This document shows, piece by piece, positions 40,076-53,146 of a DNA stretch of 64,000 nt (its first letter is position 1; the number at the start of each line of letters is the position of its first letter). The DNA comes from Eledone cirrhosa (taxonomy: Eukaryota). The position numbers and the translations under genes were made by a program. A model generated the notes under the pieces. It did no database searches. It was not told the origin of the DNA and saw only the letters and a list, made by a program, of their open reading frames with translations. Location of the stretch: positions 123,504,001-123,568,000 of the forward strand of contig OZ024743.1 of assembly GCA_964016885.1 (NCBI GenBank), read 5' to 3'.

Positions 40076-41989
40076 ACAGCTTTCAGGAGAAATAGAGAGT
40101 GAAAGAGATTTAAAAAGAAAGAGATTAAAGGAAGAAAGAATATCCTAAATTTAAAGTAGTTTTGGAAAATCAATTTTGTAAAAATGTTGATCCTTAATAT
40201 ATTTAGACGAGAAAAAGACTTGACAGCAGAAGTCAATATGGTATTCTAATGAAATTATTTCAAGTATAGATTAGCTTGACCCATAGTAAAGTAATTTCCT
40301 CAAACAGAAGTCATTTAGTAGCAGAGATCATTGCCGTTTGCCATGAGTCGTTTAGAAGACAAACTCGATTCTTTATCATAACAAGTTTTTATTACTTCAC
40401 AGTTCAAACTTCAAAGATCAACAGGAACGACTTTGCTTTTCATCTTAACATGAATAAAGAACCAGTTTTAATTTGAACAAGATGAAGTATATTTGGCTCT
40501 AAGATATTGTTGGCCCTGTATCTTGGCAAACTGCCATATTTATTATGTAACTTGTTGCATTTGATATTTCCCTCTCATAAGGCTTTATTTCAATCACTCT
40601 TCAGAAATTGTGAAGCTGCAGTGCTCAATTGGTAATGTTCTGGTTTCTTCCTTCATGGATCCCGTTTTATTGAGCATTCTGTGTGTTGAACCATGCATAG
40701 AGGAAATACTTAAAGATAATCTGGTACAGTGCTACTGGATACAGATAACGATTTTGCTGGTCATATATTGACTGTATGATAGTATGTAATTCCTGATGTA
40801 AGCTATACAGTTAGATGATTGACATTGTTTTGGTAAATTTTAGTGTTATATCAATTATACTAGAGAATATATAGCCCTGGTTACGTCACTGGAAGTCTCT
40901 ATACACATCAGTTATCAATATCATAGGTCAAAAACATCATGAACAGCACAATGGCAATTTTTTGCAAAAATACCTACATATGAATTTCGAGATTTATTTT
41001 TAAATCCAGTATCAGAGATGGCTTCCTTTCATTCTTCCCTTCTCTCTCAAGAGACGTGGTGCGCTGTTTATGCTGCATATGTTCAGCAAATACTGATTGG
41101 CGGAGTATCAGATATGTTTTGCTTGAGATATGGTAATTTTCCCATTGCCATTGTAGTTTCTATTGCTTTATATTGATAAATATCTTATGAGAAGATCGAT
41201 CTCTTGATGATGAGCCAATTTTAGGATATCTCGGAAAAGATATTAGTGAGATGTTTGTCTGGTAACTACACCAAGCTCATAAACAGAGGTTGAACTCAAC
41301 ACTGCATACTAACGAAGCACTCTTCGTTAAGTATTCTAAATTATTCACTCTTAAGTAACAAAGCAATTACTCCATGGTCTCTCTTTGAGAGCAGAGTCGA
41401 GCTAGACAGAAGGTTATAAGTTTATGCAATGAAAACAACACTCAGCTAGTAACATGGAATCTACTCTTCGGTGCTTGTATATTTCTCTATCAATTCGACT
41501 ATCTGTTTGTCGATAGCTTTTACAATTTCCCTTTACATTAATTGCATATATATATTCTGCGTGAATCGCTGTGTTTTATACAATGCGATAAATAAAAATA
41601 GTAAACATTTAACTGAATGAGAACACAGTATTCACAAGTGTAAAATAGAAATTGTTTATATAAGGCAAAGCCTTATACAGACTTAAAAATTTCGCCACAA
41701 GCGAACTTTTAAAATTGCTGTTATCTTTTTCTTTGTAGGTATATAAATATATATATTAATATATATAGGATAACAAATTATTATTAGCTAGCGGTTGTGA
41801 ATATTCCGTATTGTGGATAGTTTTAGCGTACGGCGTTGTTTGACTCAACAAAAGGTTTCCTTGGGTAGTGAGTTAGCGAGTTCTCGAGAATTCCTATGCA
41901 GGTTAATCTTGGAGTAATAATAGAAAAGAGTGAAGAATAACATGGTCAACAGTACAAAAAGGGGTTTTATTTACAGTATTAACAATTGT

Positions 41990-44766
41990 TTCATTGATTA
42001 AGTTGTCAAAAAAAATGCGTAACACCAACGGTATTATAGTAAAGGCGGACAAAACATCAGCCTTAATACATACAATAACTTTATACGCCATGAATTACAC
42101 AAAAAAATACAAGAAAACTATAGTCTACACTCACTAACATTAATAAGGAAGGACTTAACATAGTAAAAAAATTGAAAATATCTGATAGAACCGAGCCTCT
42201 GACCTCTTTTAAACCCACATTTAATCTGAAAGATCATAAATACAACTTCGAAACTGACTCTACTATTAGATTAATATCCCCATCGAAATCGGATATAGGT
42301 AGAATTAGCAAGTATATACTAGATAGAATAATACCACAAATTAAAGACAAACTAATAATTAAGCTTTGGGGTAACACTAACGAAACAATAGATTGGTTTA
42401 GCAAATTAGACAATAAGGAAACATCCGACTTCCTACAGTTTGACATCAATGACTACTACTCATCTATTTCCCCAGTTACCCTAAAGAAAGCACTAACCTT
42501 TGCACAGAAAAACTCGGACCTATCCTCTGATGAAATTAGAATAATACTAGCTGTAAGAAGAAATATAATTAGGTTCGATAATAGTTACTGGGAAAGAAAA
42601 ACAGACAGAATAGCTTTGGTATCACTATGGGATCTAACGACTCAGCTCAAATAACAGACATGGTTGGAATATATATAGCACATATCTTACATAAGGAATT
42701 TGAGGAGACGATGCACTACTTTTAGCTAAAAACTTAAATAATCAAAACTTGGAAAGATTACATAAAAAGATTAGAACCTTCTTCAATAAACTAGGCCTAA
42801 GCATCACTTTCGAACTCAATTCTAAAAAAGCTAACTTCTTGGATGTATCACTCAACCTAAACACAGGACTAATAGAACCCTTCCATAAAAATGACGAAAA
42901 TCTACCCTACATTAGTTATACCTCAAACCACCCTCGCTCCATAATTAAGTCCATAGCACATAGTATATCCCTTAGAATTTCACGCTTATCTTCTAACCTA
43001 GAGATTTTTAAGGAACACGCCAATTACTACAACATGGCTTTACTTAAAGCAGGCCACAAAGAGAGGCTCAAATACATACCAGATACAAACAACAACACAC
43101 TTAACAGCAATAACACTACCCACACCTATAGAAATAACAAATATAGGACTAAACATAGAAATAGACAACGAGCACCAGAAATAAATGAACCGAATACTAA
43201 TATAAGAACCCCTAGGAACTATAGAAAATCCAGAGATAGGAAATACTTATGGTTCAATCCAATATTTAACTCCTCTATAAAAACCAAACTACCTTCTACA
43301 TTCTTTAAATTAATTGACAAACACTTCCCTAAACTTCACAAATACCATAAAATCTTTAATAGAAATACTATCAAACTATCTACTCTACTGCAACCAACAT
43401 AGAATCACACATACATAAAATTAACTATAAAAGAATCTCTAATGAAAATAACCTACAAACAAACACCATAACACCAAATACAAAACACAAACACATAACA
43501 ACATCGCAACTACACACACGTCAGAACGCATCACAACAAAACATCAACAAACCCAAATCTCGGCCCATACATAACAACATACAAAACTGCATCGATGAAC
43601 CGGCACACAGGAAGGCCTCAAAATGTAACTGTCACTACCGGATAAGTGCCCACTACAGAATAGATGCCTGTAGTGAAATATAGTGTACATGTGTACTATA
43701 AATTCTGGCAACTTAGTATGGCACTACATAGGTTCTACGACGGGGGAGTTAAAAAAAAAGATGGCACGCCCAGACACTACAAAGAACCGTAGACTAATGA
43801 ATACAACAACACTCACCAATAAAATCTGGCAGCTTAAGGATATATGGAATAATGGATTAGCTGGTCGAAATTGTCAGCGGCAAAGGCCTACGAAAATGGA
43901 ATGTCCCACTGCAGACTTTGCAATATGGAGTTGCTCCATATTTTAAAATATGACATAATGCTGCTTAACAGCAAAATAAAACGGTCAATTTTCTGTAGGC
44001 ATAAAACAGCTACTAAATTCGTTAATTTCAAACCAACTTCATTCGACACAACAATTCCATAATTCAAACTGTACCACCTGAGTCTATTATAATAACCCAT
44101 TATTATTATTAACTGTCAATAAATCAACTAATCACTGAATCAACATCATAACCTCCTAACTTTTCTTTCTTTCACTCTCTTTCCCTAAATCTATTTCACC
44201 CCTTCTATTATATCCTATCGTGTTCGTTTCACTTCTAACATAACTTCCAATTTATTAATTTATTAATTTAACCAATACATAGATGTATATATCTAGTATT
44301 TATACCATCACATCTTTATATTTTAACCACCACCACCACCACAACTATTTTCAACAATCATATTATGTTCACTTTTCTTCACATACATATAAATTTTTTA
44401 ATTTATTTTTTATCATCTTCATTCTAACTTATTTATTATTATTTATTTATTATTTTTCCTTTATCTTTTTTTCTTTTTCTCTTTTATTTTTTCTTCTTTT
44501 TTATTTTTCTCTCTCTCTTTTTCCTTTTTTCTTTCTTTATTACTGATGTTGTGATTTGAATTTTCCTAGTATATTACAAACGCCGTGTATAATTTTAATC
44601 AGTTTTTTCCGATGATTTGATTAGGCATACATTGTATTTAAAATTGAGTGTCACAACTTCAAGTGATTAGCAATTTTTATACAACTTAATCAATGAAACA
44701 ATTGTTAATACTGTAAATAAAACCCTATTTTGTACTGTTGACCATGTTGTTCTTCACTCTTTCACT
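41990..44766 (+). mobile_element. Decayed Penelope-like element, probably Hydra clade
   Basis: IVKADKT, LKDHK..RLISPSKSDIGRISK, FLQFDINDYYSSI, ITMGS, NFLDVSLNL, WFNP...LIDKHFP..HKIFNRNTIK, CNC..CPL, YIGST; degenerate hammerhead at 44539-44593. Confidence 0.85.
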
Positions 44767-44770
44767 ATAA

Positions 44771-44841
<71 letters not shown>

Positions 44842-44870
44842 TGTGTCTGTGTGTGTGTGTGTGTGTGCGC

Positions 44871-44917
<47 letters not shown>

Positions 44918-44974
44918 TGTGTGTGTGATTATGTGTGCGCGTATGTGTGTGTGTGCGTGTGTGTTCGTATGTAA

Positions 44975-45330
44975 ACGCAGCGGGGCCGGATTGTTCAGAC
45001 GTCCACTTTGCAATCATGAGGTCTCGGGTTCAATCCCACTGTATGACAGCTTGTGCAAGTGTCATTTACCATATGATCTTGGATCGGCCCAAACATTGTG
45101 AATAGAATTGGATAAAGGGAAAATGTTTAAAAGCTCATGAGACAGATTGTATTTATAAGTCCAAGAGCCTACCTTATCACGCATTGTGTCACTCTTAATC
45201 TTCATGAGAATCATGTTATAGACACAAATATCTGTAGAATGCATAGTCACTTGCATGGGAATCTCATGACTTGGATGTTCCCTTGATTAACAACTGGATA
45301 TCTGATCGTCAACACCGAGGGATGTCCATG
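44975..45330 (+). mobile_element. Decayed tRNA-SINE, second family
   Basis: B box ggttcaatccc followed by cttgtgcaagtgtc. Confidence 0.55.
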
Positions 45331-45388
45331 CTATTCTCCGTGTGTGTGTGAGTGTGTGAGACTGTGTGTGCGTTTGTGTATGTTTGTA

Positions 45389-45445
<57 letters not shown>

Positions 45446-45529
45446 GTATGTGTGTGTCGTTTATGTATATACGTAACCAGTCTATAAATCATTGGAAATA
45501 TGGCATAATATATCACATTATTTGTCTTG

Positions 45530-45570
<41 letters not shown>

Positions 45571-46753
45571 TATATATATATAATACAAGATATTAGCTGG
45601 ATTTCAATCGGCTTCATCGTGATAATTACTTAATCGAGTTAATTTTACTCTATAGAGGAAGATATCCAATAGTCATAATCAAATTGTATTGGGGATAGGG
45701 TATAGGAGGAGCTAATTAATTAATTAATTTAATTCAATTATTATGTATTTGATCAGATGCCCGCCTCTTTGATAGAAGCCGTTAATGGAAAATCTAACTC
45801 TGACTTGTATTGAATTAATGTTTTAGTCCTTCAGAAATTCCAAGTAAATAATATAGCACTAAAAAAATAATCGGTATATTTGTCTCTTTTGTTTTATTTA
45901 ATTCTTAGAGTAATTTTAATTTACAAAGCTGAGTACCACATATTAATTAAAACCTATTTCAGAATATGTCGATAAAACATTAGCTTGTAATACTTGTGGG
46001 GAATATCCAGTGTTTAAAAATTAACTATGACCTTTAAAGACGAATTCATACTTAAGTCAGATAAAATAATCTTAATTTGTTTGTATGAGAGGCGTTTTAA
46101 GGAGAGTATTCAAATTTCCTTGTTCGTTTTCTGCTAACAATTTTGAAAAGCCATTGGTAGCATGTTAACCTTTTCTCATATCTATTATTTATAGGGCGTC
46201 ACAACGACGCAGTCTGCTATCAGCTAGCTACAGATCTCTCACCTAGTTAATTATTGAAAGAACTTCCGCAGGAACCTATAACTGTTTGTAGTTTAACATG
46301 TCCCCAGGGACAGCTTCAAAGGAACAAAAATGAAATAACAAATGGCTTTCTGGAGTAGATGATGTCAGCTTACACATAAATATATATATATGCTTAAATT
46401 GTCTACACGTATGTTTGGATATATGTGTGCGTGTATGTGTGTGTATGTATGTGTGTGTGTGTTTGTGTAAGTGTGTATGTGTGTGTGTGTGCGTGTGTGT
46501 GTTTGCTTGTGTGTGTATGTGTGTATGTGTGTATATGTGTGTGTGTGTGTGTGTGCGTGTGTGTTTTGTGTGTATATGTATGGAAACGAGGGTGTGAGAA
46601 ATATGTGAATAATTTAATTATTGCGAAGTTATATTAGAATCTTCCAACATAAAAATACAAGAGATGTCATCACCATTTAGAGATTTCCATATAAAATTGT
46701 AATGTAATTTGAGGAACACTTCATCTTTATATAATATACATACATACACACAC

Positions 46754-46830
<77 letters not shown>

Positions 46831-46886
46831 GTGTGTGTGTGTACACATACATGGAAAACAATTACATCAGTACAAGGCATAGTACA

Positions 46887-46930
<44 letters not shown>

Positions 46931-47003
46931 GAGAGAGAGAGAGAAATAGATAGCTAGATAGCGTGAGTGATGTGTATGTATCCCTCTCTCTCACTCTCTC
47001 TCA

Positions 47004-47054
<51 letters not shown>

Positions 47055-47574
47055 CACGCACATACACACACGCACACACACTCAAAGAAAATGAGACGTG
47101 GAAGAGTAAGAAAGAAAAGGGTAAAATATATACAAAAACAAATAAAGCATTTAATTTATATGAAATTTAACTCTGCTTGCAGGTCAGTTAAAAGAGGTGG
47201 TTGAAAGACATAATAACGGAAATATATATAACTATGGAGATATATGGCCGAAGTAACCGTGCTGTCATCATAGACAAAATAATATTTATTACTCGATGCA
47301 CAATACAGTCAACAACGATAGAAACCTTTTGAGCTGAGACATATAAACACCGGAACTAGAAGTAAACATTAATTTAGTTAAAATAACCCTTTAAACATGA
47401 TAATGGGTGGCATGATAATGGCTGTTTAATTCAACGAGTTTGGTCATATATTTCGGGGTGGGGGTGTTGTTTAAGAGGGGGTGTGAAAGGAAGGATGCAG
47501 CGCAGAAAAGTGAAGATTTGGTGTAGTTTTCTTCTATAGTGTAGTAATAATTAGAATTTTATATAAAACCTATG

Positions 47575-47795
47575 TGTAGGCGCGTGGGTGTTGGACTTAC
47601 GATCATAATCTCGTGGGTTCCATTCCTGGGCTGGGTTGCGTGTTGTGTTCTTGAGTAAAACACTTCATTTCACGTTGCACCAATCTACTCAGCTTGTTTA
47701 ACCCTGCGATGGACTGGCGTCATGGAGGAGTCTTGTACTCTCAATCGCTTCATGCCATGAAACCGGGATAAGTACCGGCCTCGCGAGACTTCTGG
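47575..47795 (+). mobile_element. tRNA-SINE, third family
   Basis: ggttccattcc, cttgagtaaaacact, accctgcgatggactggcgtc...cttcatgcc..gaaaccgggataag. Confidence 0.6.
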
Positions 47796-48511
47796 TTTAA
47801 GACATATTTTAGATACTTTATAAAACCAGTAGCTACTCACGACTAATTTATTTCTGGTCCTAAAACAAGAACCTATCCTTTGTGGCTTATGTATGTTAAA
47901 TATATTCAAATCCCGCTGAGACCAACTTTGCATCTCATCATTCCGGGGTCAATAAATAAATTCCCAGTCATGTACTGGAGTTGATTTAATCGGCTTCCCT
48001 ATGTCATTACTGGTATCTAAAGAAAACGTTATCTTTATTTCGTGTGTATATTATAAATATGTTCACTTGTTAACGCAATCTTGGCCACTCTTGATGTTAT
48101 TTCTCAAATTAGTAAAATAATAAGATGATTCGAAGAAGTAGGTTGTTAGTGGTTGAAAGGAATTCCATAATGTCTCCCTCATTCCCCTTTTGTATCTCTG
48201 TTTAGATCAAATCCAACGCAAAGATAATTAAGACATTTCAACTCGCTCTTTATGGCATCCGACTCTTTCGACAAAATCCCAGTCAATCCCATCATCAAAT
48301 CTGGCATTGTTGGAATATTTTAAATCTTTCTTTTCATGTTTGTGAGTGGGTAGATTCTTTTGAAACATCAACAGGAATGATGGCTATTATGGATCTTTTC
48401 TCGATTTTAAGCTGCTTTGTATTTGCTGAAATCTCTATACTATATGTCTATCAGTTGTTTTCACTTTTGCTGACATCTCCTCGGATATTAAGTGGAGCAA
48501 TGCCAGCCAAT

Positions 48512-48735
48512 AGGTAGATTGGCAGTATCGGTAGAGCGTTGGACAACATGCAATGCAGCATAGAATTACGGCCCTTTACGTTCTGAGTTCAAATACCACC
48601 GAGGTTAGCTTTGGCTTTCATCCTTATATCTTTATAGGATCGATAAAATAAATTATCAGTGATGCACTGGGGTCGATTTAATAGAGTTTCCCCTCTCCTA
48701 AAATTGCTGGCCCTGTGCCTATAGTAGAAAACATA
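48512..48735 (+). mobile_element. tRNA-SINE, main family
   Basis: A/B boxes and core. Confidence 0.85.
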
Positions 48736-48964
48736 ATAATATTTGAGAAGTGAGACAAATATCTATGTATCGGCATGGGATTTCCATTTGTAAAAAAAAA
48801 ATAGTTGATAAGCTCACTCAGATTAACTAGTGCCAGGGGCGGTCTTGAAATGGCTGCTTCAATAAATTTAAAATTCAATAAATAAAATAATGAGCATGTA
48901 CTTTATATAAATTAAACAGACATTCTATTTTATATAAATCGAATTTTAATTATAAAAGTAATAT

Positions 48965-49355
48965 TGGTTTCTGATTCAGGCACAAGATTTTGTGGGAGGG
49001 AAAGTTGATTAAATCGACAGCAGCTTGTTACTGGTACTTTATCTTCCGATAAGGATGAAAGGCAAAGCTAACGTCGGCGGGATTTGAACTCAGAACGTAA
49101 AGGGCCATAACTATATGCCACAAATTCTGACTGTCTACTGATACTGTCAAACCATCACCCTAGGTACAAATGTAATAATTGTTTCTACATTTGACATTTA
49201 AATCTATCCCAGTGCGTTACTGGTACCATATTTCTTATTGACCCTGTAAGGATGGAAGGCAAAGCTAACCTCGGCAGGGCTGGAACACAAAACGTAAAAA
49301 GACGTAACGATATGCCACAAAGCATTTTGTCTACCGGTCTACCAATACTGCCAAC
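48965..49355 (-). mobile_element. Two adjacent tRNA-SINEs, main family
   Basis: Reverse cores at ~49030-49100 and ~49220-49290. Confidence 0.8.
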
Positions 49356-49783
49356 AATTCAATGTCTGCCCAATTTCTATCTAGTACACAATGTCTGCTC
49401 AATTTCTATCTAGTACACAATGTCTGCTCAATTCAATGTCTGCTCAATTTCTATCTAGTACACAATGTCTGCTCAATTCAATGTCTGCCCAATTTCTATC
49501 TAGTACACAATGTCTGCTCAATTCAATGTCTGCTCAATTTCTATCTAGTACACAATGTCTGCTCAATTCAATGTCTGCTCAATTTCCATCTAGTACACAA
49601 TGTCTGCTCAATTCAATGTCTGCTCAATTTCTATCTAGTACACAATGTCTGCTCAATTCAATGTCTGCTCAATTTCTATCTAGTACACAATGTCTGCTCA
49701 ATTCAATGTCTGCTCAATTTCTATCTAGTACACAATGTCTGCTCAATTCAATGTCTGCTCAATTTCTATCTAGTACAGAATGT
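49355..49783. repeat. 45-bp minisatellite (16+29 bp subunits), about 9 copies
   Basis: caatgtctgctcaatt + caatgtctgctcaatttctatctagtaca, repeated. Confidence 0.95.
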
Positions 49784-50339
49784 GGTAAATCGAAGCAAAT
49801 ATTGTTCATCAGTAAAGAGGAAGTATTAGTATGTGTTTATTTTCTTAAATACTGTCGTGATTCACCTCCTGTACTGTAAGATGAAATTAGATTGTTTACG
49901 CTCCAGTCACAGATAATTTCAATAGGTCTGTATTTTTCATTTTCTTTTTGTTTTTAGAATCTTTACATCAGATGATCTATGAAGATAAGAGGGAGAAATA
50001 TAACACAAAATAATCTGTCTATGAGTGTTAGATGTAATTATAAAGCATTCCTTCAGATAAGGAAGTATACTAGAGATATTCCTCGGTTAGGAAACTTGCT
50101 ACGTAAGAGGTTAGTAAGAACTAAATAATGTATATAAGCGACTTCGTTTGAAAGCTTTGTTACTGTCAAGAGGAAAAACTTTCCTTCAACCGAAGTTTTC
50201 AAGATGTCACTGTCTAAAGTAAGGGCGAAAATGTGCAGTTGATTTGACCTTGTTGGATTCCTTCAGTAGAAAGCATACAAACAATTTAATGTAATTTTGA
50301 AGTTAATCGCTTCTCATCATATTCAACGCTTTCTCTATT

Positions 50340-50917
50340 TATGAACAAACTACATGATATCTAACAATGTTTCGGTAGAATAACCAGTGAATGAAAATCA
50401 GTGCTGCGAAAATTGAGACACTCGACCTCTCAAGAAAACCTGCGCAGTGCACTTTATATATGATTGGGGATCCACTGAAGAAGGTGGAACAGTTCAAGTA
50501 TCTCGAGGTCATATTCACGAGTGGTTGAAGGCAGGAGGCTGAATTAAGTGCAAGAATTCCAGGAGCTGGTGCACTAATGCGCCAGTTTCAGCATTCGGTA
50601 TTCAGAAGGGAGGTTGGTGTAAAAGTCTAACTTACTATCTTCAATTCAGTATTCGTGCCGAACCTTACCTATGGTCATGAATTTGATCGCGAATACAAAC
50701 GGTCGAAATGGGATTCCTCCGAAGGGCAGACACTGAGCAAAATGGTGAAATAATTTCTGTGCTCGGTGGGTTTTGTTAGGGGATCCAGCTGGACTAATTG
50801 AAGACAGTTGCTTTTGACGAGACCCGCTGGAAGGCTTGTTTGGTGACTGTTCCTAAACCCTAACACGAATAAGTGGGCGTAGTACCAGAAGAAGAAGAAG
50901 AAGAAGAAGAAGAAGAA
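50340..50917 (+). mobile_element. 3' fragment of an RTE-clade LINE with a (GAA)n tail
   Basis: LKKVEQFKYL.VIFT, VFVPNLTYGHE, EMGFLR; (GAA)n at 50888-50917. Confidence 0.75.
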
Positions 50918-51314
50918 AATAGTCGTGTTGTCTACTGTAGAGTTATTGTATGGCACGCTTCTGATAACATGCAACATGTGATGTGAAATTTGAGTATTTC
51001 TCATCACGTGCACGTGGTGCTTTATGAATATTATATGCTTATATGTGCTTATGAGTTCGCGTATAGCGTTTAGGATGACGAATTTGTTTTTGAATTACTT
51101 TTTACATAGCCAGGGATAGCGCCAGATGAAGAACTATTTCTAACACCAGGATAATGTAAATGTTTGAGTTCTTGTATTGAAGCAAAGAAAGTGCCTATGC
51201 CTAATTGTTTGAGAATATGTATTTGCATCCATACATGTGCGTGTGTGTGTGTGTGTGTGTGTGTGCGTGTGTGCGTGTGTGTGTGCCTGTGTGCGTGTGT
51301 CTGTGTGCCTGTGT

Positions 51315-51358
<44 letters not shown>

Positions 51359-51547
51359 CGGGGGGGGGGCCTGTAGTGGAGGTATTGGAAATAACTAATT
51401 CACAATATATATATATATATATAAGGCAAAAAACATTGTGTTGAAGCAATAAGGAATTGCTGCTACGAAAAGAAATGATGCTGCAAAGCCATCATAACAA
51501 AGTTACTTTCTTCAAAATTTTTAAGATGTACACACACGTACACACGT

Positions 51548-51617
<70 letters not shown>

Positions 51618-51757
51618 ACTAGTCCAGAAATAGCCGCCGAAACGGGTGGAGCTCTGCCGTCGGGGTTAAACATTTTCCTATTACCCACTCTACTACCCAA
51701 AGTATTGAGTACTCTGGTGCGTTATGGTCCATCTGGTTTCTTACCACACCTCCTTCG

Positions 51758-51835
<78 letters not shown>

Positions 51836-51842
51836 ATATATA

Positions 51843-52335
51843 TACTGGGGGTCTAGTATATTTCTACGCTTTAAAGACAAGATACCACTTCACCCCAAGG
51901 CGTCAATAACTGGATAAGTTATTGGGAAAACGAAGGAAGGAGGGAAGGAAAGCAAAGGGGAAAAAAAGAGAAACAGTAACAAAACAGCGGAAAAACACAC
52001 AAACCGAGCAATGTGCGAGCAACTATGGGTAGGAAATCCAAGACCACTCGATAGTAGAACTTAAGTTCGAGACCGAGTAATCGAGAGAAAAGACACACAT
52101 CCTATCGCAGCAGTTGTAAGTGAGAAGAGAACTGCTAAACGGTCAGACGAGGGGTTGAAAGTGAGAGGGAGAAAGGGAGAGGAAGAAAGTGGGGTAAGAG
52201 CAGATAGGGAGAAAGGGAGGGGAAGGAAGAGGGGTGAGAGTAGAAAGTGGCGAAATAGGAAGGTAGAAGGGGAGAGAAGAATGGTCACATCGAAAAACAT
52301 GATGAAATATATGGAGAATAGAAATGGCTCTGTAG

Positions 52336-52339
<4 letters not shown>
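51843..52339 (-). repeat. Unclassified structured repeat, copy C, between (TA)n tracts
   Basis: Aligns with 8491-8760 (taaagac.agatacc, caataact..agttattggg, gagacacatcc). Confidence 0.65.
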
Positions 52340-52416
<77 letters not shown>

Positions 52417-53050
52417 TTCTATAACGACACTTCTGTGGCCATTTTAGTGAGGTAACATGATAGGCTTTCAAGTCTTTTTAGTGCTTCTGTGACATTGTCT
52501 GTAATTCAATTTCTGTTGATTTTCACATCAAATTCAAGATGCGAAGCTTTTGAAATAGAATAGCTATCATAACATTGCTGAGAAAGCAAAACTGAACGCT
52601 TTCTAAACGGTTCGTTTAATTATTGGAATATGTTATCGAATACGGCAAGTTGTTATTGATTTTTATGTCATTCTGCAATTGAAACTTCACGTTTGTCATT
52701 TTATTTCGTTCTTTTGCCTGGGAGCAATACGATCTCTTGATTAATAATTATTTGTCTGGCCTTTTCGGTTACCTGTTAGAAACAACCACAAGCTAGCGGT
52801 AAAGTGTCAGCGATAGGCTTTCTAACTATATTTCGACTACATTTGAGTATACTTGACAAGTGTTATCAACCTTAACAGTTTTCTTCTCATCAATTCCATC
52901 TGATTGGGAAGTATTTCGAAATTCCTTTACTAATTTCGATCTTTAATCTTTTTTAAAGTGAGCAACCTGATAAATAGATAACAATTGGGCTGCGAGCGTG
53001 TTGAGGATAATTCTGTGAATAGTTCAGCAAGAGCGAGTAAAGGAGGAATG

Positions 53051-53146
<96 letters not shown>

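Noticed and set aside
49355-49783. CRISPR-like appearance or repeat protein
   Set aside because: No unique spacers, no cas genes and a eukaryotic context; it is a simple minisatellite.
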